Source of the DNA: Candidatus Brockarchaeota archaeon
GTDB taxonomy: Archaea > Thermoproteota > EX4484-205 > JAAOZP01
Assembly (NCBI GenBank): GCA_017601345.1
Contig: JAFNIT010000001.1
Location: 12,835 to 76,834 of the forward strand
Direction: 5' to 3'
DNA length: 64,000 nucleotides
Below the pieces are notes generated by a model, which was not told the DNA's origin, did no database searches, and saw only the letters and a list, made by a program, of their open reading frames with translations. The translations under genes were made by a program, and so were the position numbers. Positions 36,330 to 45,759 of the stretch are shown here, in pieces (positions within the stretch are counted from its first letter, which is position 1; each line of letters begins with the position of its first letter).

Positions 36330-36830
36330 TTGCCTGCTGTCAAGCCTCTAGGAAAAAGGGTTATTAAGCCTTTCCTCTGCATATAGTTGTCTCCCGGCCT
36401 AGCCATGTCGCCCGCTCTAGTCCTGGCTATGCTCCGGAGACGCAGCTTGAGTAATATTGTCCTTCTAAATACTCTTCTGGTCCCAGCTCACTTTTCTCTT
36501 TGAACTCCCCGCCCCGAATTTCCGAATGGCTGCCGCCAAAACAATGTGATCCTTATTCAGCTGGTCCCAGTTCAGCATCAGCCCCTTCTTTGTATCGATA
36601 AGGTATTTCTCCCTGTACTCAGGGTTCTTGTGGAGGAATCTTTTAAGCCATTATGTCAGCGCGATCTTGACCCTCTTCAACGATTATCTGTATGATTGTC
36701 TTGACGTTTCCGGCTTTTTTCCGTTGAACAGGATAACCGGGAACACTGGTTACAAGCACTACTTGATCATCACTGACGATCAATGTGCTTGCGTAGCGGT
36801 TCTTGCGGATGAGAAGGCTAAAAGTTAATG
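36330..36830 (-). pseudogene. Possible degraded gene remnant (two consecutive minus-strand frames, no start)
   Basis: Minus frames read ...STLIVSDDQVVLVTSVPGYPVQRKKAGNVKTIIQIIVEEGQDRADIMA* then, +1 shifted, WLKRFLHKNPEYREKYLIDTKKGLMLNWDQLNKDHIVLAAAIRKFGAGSSKRKVSWDQKSI*. No intact ORF of any size spans the region. Confidence 0.25.
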
Positions 36831-37068
36831 GACGGAAGAAGAGGGATCTTCTTTGGTGGGAAGAGTGTTGAGACCTTTTCGAATACTATTACTTACCGGT
36901 AAATAACAGTAATCTTATAAAGACCACCTTTTCATATTTTTCCTACGGAAAAGACGGAGAAGGAAACTCTTGAGTTCAAGAGTTCTTCCTAACCCCTATA
37001 CTTCTTAGAGTCCCCCAAAGCGCTTAGAATCATGTTCACAGTCTTCACCTTGAACGGTAATGCATAAA

Positions 37069-37076
37069 GTTTATAA
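37069..37076 (+). promoter_or_regulatory. TATA-like box for vapBC (leaderless transcript likely)
   Basis: TTTATAAATTATAA lies 25-32 bp upstream of ATG 37101. Confidence 0.35.
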
Positions 37077-37100
37077 ATTATAATTCATTATTTATTAATT

Positions 37101-37301
37101 ATGAGTACTATTCCGGTAAGTAGGGAAACTAAGAAACTGTTGGAGAGCATTAAGGGGGATAAGGCGTGGGATGAGTTCTTGAATGAGCTTGTGAATATGG
37201 CTCTAACTGAGAAGAGGTTTAAGCATAGGAAAAGAATGCAGAAGCTATTGGAAATGGGGTATGAGGAGACTAGGGTTAGGAAATGGGCGAGAGAATACTA
37301 G
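37101..37301 (+). CDS. vapB: Antitoxin, VapB-like small DNA-binding protein
   Basis: 66 aa, basic. Overlaps the downstream PIN-domain gene by 19 nt, which is classic toxin-antitoxin organisation. Confidence 0.55.
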   Translation: MSTIPVSRETKKLLESIKGDKAWDEFLNELVNMALTEKRFKHRKRMQKLLEMGYEETRVRKWAREY

Positions 37302-37648
37302 TGGATACTGATTGCCTGATCGACTACTATAAGGGGGAGTTGGAGCTAGACCCCGAGGATTCCCACCATATTTCTGAAATAACTGTTTACGAGTTCATTA
37401 GGGGGACGAAAAATGTTAAGGAGGCGAAGAGAATTCTTGAGGAATCATTTTTCATCGTTTGGCTCGACAACGAGATCCTGGAGAAAGCCTCAGAAATATG
37501 GAGGAGCCTCAGGGCTTCAGGCAAGCTTATTGAAGACCGTGACCTGGTAATAGGGGCTACGGCAGTTGTGAAAGGGCTTAAGCTATTAACAAGGAACACT
37601 AAACATTACGACGTACTGCAAGCATATGAATTGAAATTTTATCGCTAA
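37283..37648 (+). CDS. vapC: PIN-domain toxin VapC
   Basis: ILVDTD (first acidic residue), EF..., and a distal DLVIGATA...LLTRN PIN signature. 121 aa. Confidence 0.8.
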   Translation: MGERILVDTDCLIDYYKGELELDPEDSHHISEITVYEFIRGTKNVKEAKRILEESFFIVWLDNEILEKASEIWRSLRASGKLIEDRDLVIGATAVVKGLKLLTRNTKHYDVLQAYELKFYR

Positions 37649-37980
37649 CTTCAATTCTCCATCGTGGAGAAATAACAATTGCAGCTGACAAGGAGGATAC
37701 TGGCATCCTGTTAAAACCTCGGGGACTCTAGCCTACTAAAATGCTCTAAATGCCATTTTTACAAGCTTTTACTAAGCCTCCTCGCCTTCATGGGTTAGGT
37801 GGCGATGATCCTGAAAAGGAAAGCCTTTCACTAGCAGTTTAAGTAATTGTTAAGAACTAAATCCTAGGATTGTGTTAACTACGCTATAAAAAGCTTCAAT
37901 AGTGTTCTAATTTATGGACAGGCTGTCCTAAACTCTAGGATAATTAGAAGAATACTACTTCTTAAATCGGTGAAAAAGTA

Positions 37981-39840
37981 ATGAGTAGAATGTTTACAGC
38001 CTTCATGCCTTTAACTTTGATTGCATCGATTCTTTTAGCCACTCTCGTCGTTAACTTAAGTGGTAACAATAGCGGACTAAGAAGCTTTACGTCTTATGGA
38101 GAGCTAGAGAATTTTGTCAAAAGCAGGGTTATTGGAAAATATTTGAAGGAATTTTTCGGAGATTTGAATTACTGGGTTGAAAGCCCGTATTTATCGCCAA
38201 GGCTTTCTCTTGGGGCTGATGCTATTGGTACGCTCGAAGCCGAATACTCGACTACTAATATCCAAGTCTCTGGTGTTGACGAAGCCGATATTGTTAAGAC
38301 AGATGGCAGATATATCTACATGTTTTCTGGGAGAAACATATTCATAATTGAAGCCTATCCTCCGGAGAAGATGAATAAGGTCTCTGAGATCAAGATTAAA
38401 GGAAATCCCATTGGTCTATTTGTTAACAATGACAGGCTTGCTGTGTTAAAATATGATTCTATCGCTTTCAAAGAAGAGGATTATCCTTGCTATCGATGGG
38501 TAACGGTTTTAGAGATTTACGATATTTCAAATATAAACAATCCCGTTCTGAAGAAGCGTGTTTCCACCGATGGTTCTTACTTGAGTTCTAGGATGATTGG
38601 GAGGTATGTTTACATCGTTGCAACCAGTCCCGTTATCAGGATTTTTGACGATGATTGGAAAGTTCTCACTCCTCAAGTAATGGTTGGAGATAACGTTGTC
38701 AACATTCCTCCAAACAAAATATTCTATTCCGATACTATTGAGGTTCCTGAAAGCTACACCACTATAATTGCAGTAGACCTGTATTCTGAGGAAGGCTTAG
38801 AGTATAAGTCTGTTTTAACAGGCTACGCGTCCTGCATGTACGTCTCTTTGGACAATATTTACGTCACCATGCCGAAGCAGTTCTGGGTATGGGAAATTGA
38901 AGGATCGACTGAGATACATAGGATTAGGATTAATGGTCTCGATATAAAGTGTGAGGCGAGCGGCGAGGTTCCAGGCAGGGTTTTAAACCAGTTTTCGATG
39001 GATGAGTATGAAGGCTATTTCAGAATAGCAACTACTACGGGGCATGTGGCGAGGATCCTGAGCGAGGCTACAAGTGCCAACCATGTTTACATCCTTGATT
39101 CCGAGACGCTCAGGGTAGTTGGCAGGCTTGAAGACCTGGCCCCCGGAGAACAGATATACTCGGCCAGGTTCATGGGCTCAAGGTGCTATCTCGTCACCTT
39201 CAAAAAGGTTGATCCGCTTTTCACAATAGACGTGAGTAATCCTGCCGAGCCAAGAGTTCTCGGCAAGCTTAAGATACCTGGGTACTCCAACTACCTCCAC
39301 CCCTACGACAGCGATTACCTCATAGGCATAGGTAAGGAGACTGTTGAAGCAGAGGAGGGGGATTTCGCATGGTACCAGGGTTTGAAAATATCGCTGTTCG
39401 ATGTTTCAAACGTGACTAGCCCGAGAGAGGTTGGCAAGATAATCATAGGCGACAGGGGAACGGATTCGCCAGTCTTAAGTGACCATCACGCCTTACTTTT
39501 TGACAAGAAAAGAAACCTTCTTGTAATACCCATATTGGAGGCTAAGATTTTTAGAGAGAAATATTCTGGAGACATCCCGCCTTATACCTATGGCGAGTAT
39601 GTTTTCCAAGGAGCGTATATTTTCAACATTTCTCCTACGGAAGGCATAAGCCTGAGAGGCAGGATAACACACTTTGAAAACATCGAAGACCTGGATAAGA
39701 GCGGTTACTATTTCAACTCAAAGTATCAAGTGATTAGAGGCCTCTACATCGGCGATGTTTTATACACTCTCTCCAGCAGGATGGTTAAGGCAAACAGCCT
39801 TACAGACCTCTCTGAAATCTCTAGCGTTAGACTAGACTAA
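37981..39840 (+). CDS. Secreted/membrane-anchored beta-propeller domain protein (COG4880-like)
   Basis: N-terminal signal-anchor (FMPLTLIASILLATLVV), then about 580 aa of beta-rich repeats with many N-glycosylation sequons (NLS, NNS, NVT). Confidence 0.6.
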   Translation: MSRMFTAFMPLTLIASILLATLVVNLSGNNSGLRSFTSYGELENFVKSRVIGKYLKEFFGDLNYWVESPYLSPRLSLGADAIGTLEAEYSTTNIQVSGVDEADIVKTDGRYIYMFSGRNIFIIEAYPPEKMNKVSEIKIKGNPIGLFVNNDRLAVLKYDSIAFKEEDYPCYRWVTVLEIYDISNINNPVLKKRVSTDGSYLSSRMIGRYVYIVATSPVIRIFDDDWKVLTPQVMVGDNVVNIPPNKIFYSDTIEVPESYTTIIAVDLYSEEGLEYKSVLTGYASCMYVSLDNIYVTMPKQFWVWEIEGSTEIHRIRINGLDIKCEASGEVPGRVLNQFSMDEYEGYFRIATTTGHVARILSEATSANHVYILDSETLRVVGRLEDLAPGEQIYSARFMGSRCYLVTFKKVDPLFTIDVSNPAEPRVLGKLKIPGYSNYLHPYDSDYLIGIGKETVEAEEGDFAWYQGLKISLFDVSNVTSPREVGKIIIGDRGTDSPVLSDHHALLFDKKRNLLVIPILEAKIFREKYSGDIPPYTYGEYVFQGAYIFNISPTEGISLRGRITHFENIEDLDKSGYYFNSKYQVIRGLYIGDVLYTLSSRMVKANSLTDLSEISSVRLD

Positions 39841-39880
39841 TCATTTTTTAATTTTCTTTCTCAAGCTTCTAAAAGCCTTT

Positions 39881-40786
39881 CTAAAAACTGATTATCTCGT
39901 TCTCAAGTTTCTCTGCAAACTCTCTGTCCACCGAGGCCCTGAGACGCTTTACAGTATTGTCATACGGGTCTATAGTTTCTTCCTCCAGCGTCTCAGCATA
40001 TCTTGCCTCCGGATCTATTTCATCAAGCATCTGGATTAGGATCTTCCTCTCCTCCTCCGGCATTATTCTCTTATCGGTCATGGCAGCTGCCCTAACGTGA
40101 ATACCTTCGTCGAGAAGATGTTTCAAGGCTTTGAATGGAAGCTTGTAGAACTCTCCCTGAGCACCCGTCCTGATTGTGAAACCCTCTGGTGTAGCGGCTT
40201 TAAACGATACCCTGACATAAAGCCTATCCTTAAACTCTGCCAATCTTTTAACATGGTTAATATTCGAACCCAAGATTATCCCATTCGTTTCCAAGATAAA
40301 CAGGGGGCAGTTTGAAGATTTAACATACTCCAGAACCTTAAGCAAATGCTCCATGCCTATCGTGGGCTCACATCCAGAGATTCGGAGCTTACTAATCTTG
40401 GGCAATATTCTTCTCCAATACCCAGAATACGTTACTCCTTCTTCAGTTGCCTTGAAAAGCAGTCTAGACGCTTCCTTTGGAGAATAGAATTCTCCGAATT
40501 TCTCCGGAAAATCCCTCGACCAGTTTGACCAGCAATATACGCATCGGAGACAGCACCCCACGGCATAGCCGGTAGCAACGCCTCTGTAAACGGGAACAGA
40601 GTAGAAACCAGTATATTTTCTCTCCAACCCCTCTGGCCCGCATCTTGTTACTAACCGTTCGGTTTCTTCAGCTAGCTTAACAGGGTCAAATGGCTTAAAA
40701 CCAGGAGATAGGAACCTCTGATACTCCTCCACTTTACACCTGATCATTATACGCTGGAGTCTAATAAGTGGATATGTGGAAACCAT
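39881..40786 (-). CDS. Radical SAM domain protein
   Basis: CxxxCxxC cluster GCCLRCVYCWSNW. The longest ORF (to 40849) would run through tRNA-Ala, so the start is placed at the Met at 40786; the Met at 40747 is an alternative. Confidence 0.65.
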   Translation of the reverse strand: MVSTYPLIRLQRIMIRCKVEEYQRFLSPGFKPFDPVKLAEETERLVTRCGPEGLERKYTGFYSVPVYRGVATGYAVGCCLRCVYCWSNWSRDFPEKFGEFYSPKEASRLLFKATEEGVTYSGYWRRILPKISKLRISGCEPTIGMEHLLKVLEYVKSSNCPLFILETNGIILGSNINHVKRLAEFKDRLYVRVSFKAATPEGFTIRTGAQGEFYKLPFKALKHLLDEGIHVRAAAMTDKRIMPEEERKILIQMLDEIDPEARYAETLEEETIDPYDNTVKRLRASVDREFAEKLENEIISF

Positions 40787-40791
40787 AGAAG

Positions 40792-40863
40792 TGGACCGGG
40801 AGGGACTCGAACCCTCGACCTTCCGGGTGCAAACCGGACATTCTACCACTGAACTACCGGCCC
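40792..40863 (-). tRNA. tRNA-Ala(TGC)
   Basis: Reverse complement folds with acceptor GGGCCGG/CCGGTCC (G3:U70 Ala identity pair) and A73. Anticodon loop TTTGCAC. T-arm GAGGG-TTCGAGT-CCCTC. 72 nt. Confidence 0.85.
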
Positions 40864-40956
40864 GAGCTTTATTTTTCCTCCAGAATATATAAATGCTTCC
40901 TAAAGAAAGGGGAGAGAAAGTTTTAAAACAGGACCTTAATACTCTTGGCTCATCTT

Positions 40957-41030
40957 GGCCGCTGTAGCGTAACCAGGCAGCGCGGTGGCCTGTGGAGCCA
41001 CTTGTCCGAGTTCAAATCTCGGCGGCGGCC
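40957..41030 (+). tRNA. tRNA-His(GTG) with genomically encoded G-1
   Basis: Extra 5' G pairs with discriminator C73. Acceptor GCCGCTG/CGGCGGC. Anticodon stem GTGGC/GCCAC with loop CTGTGGA. T-arm CCGAG-TTCAAAT-CTCGG. Confidence 0.85.
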
Positions 41031-41118
41031 CTTTAAGCAACTAGCTTTTTTAGCTAGGAGAATCTTAGGATATTCTAAGGAAAACGTTTTAAAACTCCTA
41101 AGGGAAAGAATTAGGTGA

Positions 41119-41192
41119 GCCTCGGTAACTCAGCCTGGTAGAGTGGCAGCCTCGTAAGCTGCAGGTCGAGGGTTCAAATCCCTCCCGAGGCT
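41119..41192 (+). tRNA. tRNA-Thr(CGT)
   Basis: Acceptor GCCTCGG/CCGAGGC plus U73. Anticodon stem GCAGC/GCTGC with loop CTCGTAA. T-arm GAGGG-TTCAAAT-CCCTC. Confidence 0.85.
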
Positions 41193-41258
41193 CCTAAGAT
41201 TTTTCAAAGAATCGTCAAAGAACGTATTTTTTAAAAAAAAGATTAGGATAGCTGACAG

Positions 41259-42287
41259 CTAAGTCTTTCTTTTAAGCATGTAATAGGCTACTATTATGGC
41301 TACGATTATTGCTATAATTATCCCCGCTGCGATCTCTGCCCAAGACAGTGTGGGAGCAGCCTTCTCTGCAGTTGGAGCCAGGTTTACTGTTATCATGTTA
41401 GTGACATGGCTCAGCCAGTCTTCCCACCATCCGCCACTAGGAGGCTCGAGAGAATCATTTGGCATTACGTCGGCGAAGTCGCTGCCTCTATCATTTTCTG
41501 GACCGCAGGTACCCCAGGCCGCTTCCCCTGGGCATCCCGGATGCTGAGGGTCGAAGGCATGCGCCCAAGTGCCCCAGCTACCCTTCGGCTCACCCGGTTT
41601 AATCGAGGCCACTAAGACCCTTGCTGTCCCAAGCTCTCCAAACCTCTCCTTAAGCAAAGCTTTACTAACTCTCATTTCGAAAGAACTTCTGGCTAAGTCA
41701 ACGCCGAAGTCCTCGATAGGAACTGTGCTCCAGTCAGGAAACTGCATGAAGGGCTTACCATAGTCCTCCCCATACAGACCCGCATCAAACTGTATGTTAA
41801 ACTCCCATTCATATCCATTTCTTTGAAAATCAACGTCTGAGGCAGCTGCACTATCTCTCTGGCCACCCGGTATTAAATCAAAGTAGAGATGGTAAGCACT
41901 TACGTTCGGGTAGGTAACTTGCTCATTATCTTCAGTAATCTTTGTGCTTACTATGCTCCAGCCCTCGTATAGCTCTGCAACATCGATTCTTATATACATC
42001 CATTCTTCATCACACCAGATATAGAGAGCCTTTAGATCTCTGCACTTATCGTTAATAGCAACCTTATCCGGAGGCTCAGCAGTCGAACCTACTCCGAGCA
42101 CGGAAGGGTCTTTAGACCATGCTTCAGTATCGCCAACCGGATCAGTATATACTGGTTGAATTCCTAAAGCATCCCAATCGCTAACGTCGCCGTCAATGGT
42201 GATTGTTTGTTGTGCTCTTAAAAAGCAGAGCTGTACTGACAAGAGAAGCAGTGTAGCAACAGTAGCGTACAAGAAGAGTCTTCTCAT
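41259..42287 (-). CDS. Secreted protein with N-terminal signal peptide and C-terminal TM anchor plus basic tail
   Basis: The start is moved to the Met at 42287 (MRRLFLYATVATLLLLSVQLCFLRAQQ) because the longest ORF overlaps tRNA-Thr(GGT). The C-terminus is AEIAAGIIIAIIVAIIVAYYMLKRKT. Confidence 0.6.
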   Translation of the reverse strand: MRRLFLYATVATLLLLSVQLCFLRAQQTITIDGDVSDWDALGIQPVYTDPVGDTEAWSKDPSVLGVGSTAEPPDKVAINDKCRDLKALYIWCDEEWMYIRIDVAELYEGWSIVSTKITEDNEQVTYPNVSAYHLYFDLIPGGQRDSAAASDVDFQRNGYEWEFNIQFDAGLYGEDYGKPFMQFPDWSTVPIEDFGVDLARSSFEMRVSKALLKERFGELGTARVLVASIKPGEPKGSWGTWAHAFDPQHPGCPGEAAWGTCGPENDRGSDFADVMPNDSLEPPSGGWWEDWLSHVTNMITVNLAPTAEKAAPTLSWAEIAAGIIIAIIVAIIVAYYMLKRKT

Positions 42288-42345
42288 AGAGATCCACCGA
42301 TTTTCATCTATACAAGGCTCATTATAAGTCTTAACCCTTATAAAA

Positions 42346-42437
42346 AGCCCCAGGTGGGCTTCGAACCCACGACCTCCTCCATCAGCGCTTTTCAGCATTA
42401 CCAAGGAGGCGCTCTAACCAGGCTGAGCTACTGGGGC
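42346..42437 (-). tRNA. tRNA-Thr(GGT) with canonical 17-nt intron after position 37
   Basis: Reverse complement: acceptor GCCCCAG/CTGGGGC plus U73. Anticodon stem CCTCC/GGAGG encloses TTGGTA-[ATGCTGAAAAGCGCTGA]-T, so the anticodon is GGT. T-arm GTGGG-TTCGAAG-CCCAC. Confidence 0.75.
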
Positions 42438-42635
42438 TGTAAAGTTTCAGCATGCTTATGATTTAAAGTTTTTCTAGACCTGATTTTCGAGTATGTTTCG
42501 TCTCTTTCTGCATAATTTGTTTGATGCTAATAAAATCATGCTTTTTTCTTTAATGATGATGCCTCTGTTTTTGTGAATAAACTAGTAAAAAAGATTGTAT
42601 TGAAACCCATATAAAAAAGCTATATAAGTCGGCAG

Positions 42636-43019
42636 ATGCGTGAGGAAATGATGCAAAAAGCACTTATCGAGGATGTAAAGGAGGAGTTCTCGGAAGATAA
42701 ACTTGTATCCGAGATCCTGGAGATAAGGAATATGATAAATGTGGTGGAGAAGAACATTCTTAAATCAAATTCCAGTGAGAACCTTGAGAGACTCGAATAC
42801 CTCTTAAGGGTGCTAAGGCTTGAGATGGTTAAGAGAACCATACTATTGGCTAATAAGCACGGCCTAAGCATTGGGATTCCCATAGCTCCTGTATCGCATA
42901 ACGGTGGGACGATTCTTCGAGAACCCTTTTACGAAGACTTCTCAAGGCTTGAAAAAGAGTTGGATAGAGCTTATCGCACTGCCATAGATATGTTAAACAA
43001 TTTGAGCAGGCTGGTTTAA
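42636..43019 (+). CDS. Hypothetical coiled-coil protein
   Basis: 127 aa, acidic N-terminal half with heptad character. No recognisable domain. Confidence 0.4.
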   Translation: MREEMMQKALIEDVKEEFSEDKLVSEILEIRNMINVVEKNILKSNSSENLERLEYLLRVLRLEMVKRTILLANKHGLSIGIPIAPVSHNGGTILREPFYEDFSRLEKELDRAYRTAIDMLNNLSRLV

Positions 43020-43022
43020 GGG

Positions 43023-43748
43023 ATGAATAGCCTCCTTGCCAGCCTTAGAAAATCAGCATCGAGAAAGGCGTTGACTCATATTAAGCCAGGAATGATTGTC
43101 GGCCTCGGCTCAGGGAGCACTATTGCAGACTCATTCCTACCCTTATTTGTGGAAGAAGCCTCCGATGTGATGCATAATGTTTTCTTCATCCCTTCTTCAC
43201 GCCAGATAGAATTCAAAGCTCTAGAGATGGGGCTTAAGATTCTTAGCTTTAACCAAATCGACCATGTCAACGTCACGATAGATAGTGCAGATTTCATAGA
43301 GAGGAAGACACTGATCGCAATAAAGGGTGGGGGAGGAGCCTTCCTCATGGAGAAAGTACTGAGCTCAGTGTCTGATGAGCTTATTCTCATAGCTGACGAG
43401 AATAAGCTTGTTGAAAAGATTCAACCTGGGGTCCTAATTCCTGTGGAAGTGCCTTCTGACTTTGTCATTCTTATTAAGAAGCGGTTAGAGAAAGCTCTTG
43501 GTGTAAACGTTAGAATCAGGACTGGGAGCGGAAAAGTCGGCCCAGTAATAACAGACTTGGGGAACGCTATTATAGATGTACCCCTCCCGGAGGATTATAG
43601 CTTGGAGCAGTTAGACGGTTTACTTAAAAGCATACCAGGGGTACTGGAGAACGGTATTTTTAAAGACCTAGTGAGTAGGGCTTATGTGGGCACGGGCGGT
43701 GGAGTATTGGAGTTGGAAAGGGGGAGAACAGCACTATATGAATATTGA
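43023..43748 (+). CDS. rpiA: Ribose-5-phosphate isomerase A
   Basis: RpiA family: GMIVGLGSGST phosphate-binding motif, DSAD catalytic region, KGGGGA. 241 aa. Confidence 0.85.
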   Translation: MNSLLASLRKSASRKALTHIKPGMIVGLGSGSTIADSFLPLFVEEASDVMHNVFFIPSSRQIEFKALEMGLKILSFNQIDHVNVTIDSADFIERKTLIAIKGGGGAFLMEKVLSSVSDELILIADENKLVEKIQPGVLIPVEVPSDFVILIKKRLEKALGVNVRIRTGSGKVGPVITDLGNAIIDVPLPEDYSLEQLDGLLKSIPGVLENGIFKDLVSRAYVGTGGGVLELERGRTALYEY

Positions 43749-44454
43749 AAACGTGGAAAGGGTGAGGTTCCTGCTAAGAGAGTCGTTGACAGATATAGAG
43801 TTAGTATCCTACAATTTAGACAGGATCGTTAGGAATCTAAGACAGAAAGACAGCGAGTATTTGCAAAAGGTTAGTTTCTTCCTTGAAAAGAAGGATCATG
43901 AAAGAGCTAGAGTGTACGCGCATGAGATAGCTATGCTCAGAAAGGTTGCGAAAATAATCTACCATTCGAGCCTCTTAGTGTTGACTATTAAGCTTAGGCT
44001 CGAGACGCTCATCGAATCTGAGGAATTATACGGAATGGTACCCTCGCTCATCAGGCTTTTGTCCGCGGTTAAAGAGGCGGGGCCATTGCCAAATCTAGAG
44101 AAGGAATTTATGGGTGTTAGGGCTAAGCTCGAGGAGGCTGCCGCGATAATAACGAGCTCGACCGAGATAAAGCTTGATACTATGGGTGACGAGGTCGAGA
44201 AAGTGATTAAGGATGCTGAAAAACTGGCTTTGATGAAGATTGAAAGCACTTTCCCCAAGGTTCCTCAAGCAATCGTCGCGAAGGAGGAGGCGAAGCAAAG
44301 GGTTTTCGAGTATCTTAAAGCGAATTCAAACGCATTCAGCATCGAAAAATGTGCAGAAGACCTTTCAATGAACAGGGAAGAGGTTGAAAAACTATTAGAC
44401 GAGCTTGTTAAGGAGAGGAGGGTTATAATAAAGCGTGAGGAGGAACCTGTTTAG
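43738..44454 (+). CDS. cdvB: ESCRT-III (Snf7-family) protein with C-terminal winged-helix domain, CdvB-like
   Basis: Start moved to MNIENVERV... (the longer ORF overlaps rpiA). About 150 aa of Snf7-like helical hairpin, then a C-terminal wH-like segment SIEKCAEDLSMNREEVEKLLDELVKERRVII. Adjacent to Vps4. Confidence 0.65.
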   Translation: MNIENVERVRFLLRESLTDIELVSYNLDRIVRNLRQKDSEYLQKVSFFLEKKDHERARVYAHEIAMLRKVAKIIYHSSLLVLTIKLRLETLIESEELYGMVPSLIRLLSAVKEAGPLPNLEKEFMGVRAKLEEAAAIITSSTEIKLDTMGDEVEKVIKDAEKLALMKIESTFPKVPQAIVAKEEAKQRVFEYLKANSNAFSIEKCAEDLSMNREEVEKLLDELVKERRVIIKREEEPV

Positions 44455-45605
44455 ATAGAGCCCTTCTCCTTCCTCCACTCTTCCATCTTAACCAGGCTTT
44501 CTTTGCTTATGCTACTTCCTCTGCTCCTTATTGCTTTAACAAGATCTTCCATTGTTACGGGTCTCGGGTTCCCCTTCATCAGATCACCCTGTTCAAAGAA
44601 TTCTTCAATAGTCATTTTAAAAGCGTCTTTACATATGTTCTCAATATCGTGAGCAGAATATCCTTCAGTCAAGCGAGCGAGCTCATCGTAGTATATTGGG
44701 GGTTTAAGGCTGAGCTTGGAGGTAAAGTACATGAACAATCTTTTCCTCGCCCTCAGATCTGGAGGAGGAACATATATCCTTTCCTCAAACCTTCTAAGGA
44801 AAGCATCTGGAAGAAGCCAGGGATTATTCGTAGCAGCTATAACGTATACGTGTTCAGTTCTACCCTTGCTTAATAGACCATCCATTTCCTGCTGTAGCTG
44901 CAGCCTAGCCCTTGCCTCACCACCGGTTTCATAGATATGCGTTCCAACGATGCTCTCAACCTCGTCGATAAACATTATCGCAGGCTCGCTGGAGCTAGCA
45001 TTCTTCCTAGCGTGTTCAAAGAGCCGAGCTATGTTCTTTTCAGACTCGCCAAGCCATTTGGAAAGGATCGACGATGCTTTAACCAAGTAGAAAGTAGCCT
45101 TAATACTATTAGCTAAGGCAGCTGCGAGAAGAGTTTTTCCACACCCCGGCGGACCGTAGAAAAGAATACCCGTAGACCATGGCAGCTTGTACACGTCGGG
45201 CCTGATCGTCGGGAATATCACGTTCACGTACAGCTTTTTCTTGGCCTCATCTAAGTTGATAATATCATCCCATTTAACAGAGGGTTTTTCTATGAGTACA
45301 ACGTCCTGGAGCCACTTGTCCTCCTCTTTCTTCTCGGCTTTATCAATATAAACAACCTCCTCCTTCTTCTTAGTCAAACTGTCAAGCTTCTCAACCCTCT
45401 TCTGGTATTCTCTTATCCTATCAAGATACACTCTCTTCATGCTGTCGTTATCCGATAACGTGTACAGCTGCATGAGTATTTCAATAGTCTCTCTGTAAAG
45501 TCTTACGGCAGACTTGTATTCTCCTTGACTATCTAGGCTAACGGCTTCATGAGCTTTTCTTATTGCAGTTCTTTCAAGCTCAGTCCTCCAGCTTGGACTG
45601 GACAC
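44451..45605 (-). CDS. cdvC: Vps4/CdvC AAA+ ATPase (MIT domain plus AAA)
   Basis: N-terminal MIT three-helix bundle (AIRKAHEAVSLDSQGEYKSAVRLYRETIEIL). Walker A GPPGCGKT. Walker B IMFIDEVES. Vps4-type C-terminal helix. Confidence 0.9.
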   Translation of the reverse strand: MSSPSWRTELERTAIRKAHEAVSLDSQGEYKSAVRLYRETIEILMQLYTLSDNDSMKRVYLDRIREYQKRVEKLDSLTKKKEEVVYIDKAEKKEEDKWLQDVVLIEKPSVKWDDIINLDEAKKKLYVNVIFPTIRPDVYKLPWSTGILFYGPPGCGKTLLAAALANSIKATFYLVKASSILSKWLGESEKNIARLFEHARKNASSSEPAIMFIDEVESIVGTHIYETGGEARARLQLQQEMDGLLSKGRTEHVYVIAATNNPWLLPDAFLRRFEERIYVPPPDLRARKRLFMYFTSKLSLKPPIYYDELARLTEGYSAHDIENICKDAFKMTIEEFFEQGDLMKGNPRPVTMEDLVKAIRSRGSSISKESLVKMEEWRKEKGSI

Positions 45606-45759
45606 TTCTATTCTGACTCAGTAGAATACGTTTCCTAATTAAGTTTTATCGTTTTCAAAAGCTTTATGAACCAAGCTCGCTGGAACATATCCATGTTTTC
45701 CCGCCGTAAATAATGAATAAAAATATTTAAGCCACGTTAAGAAGGGTAAACGATTAAGG

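Noticed and set aside
42636-43019. Candidate CdvA upstream of the Cdv genes
   Set aside because: It has no PRC-barrel N-terminal domain and no E3B-like C-terminal peptide; it is only generic coiled-coil character.
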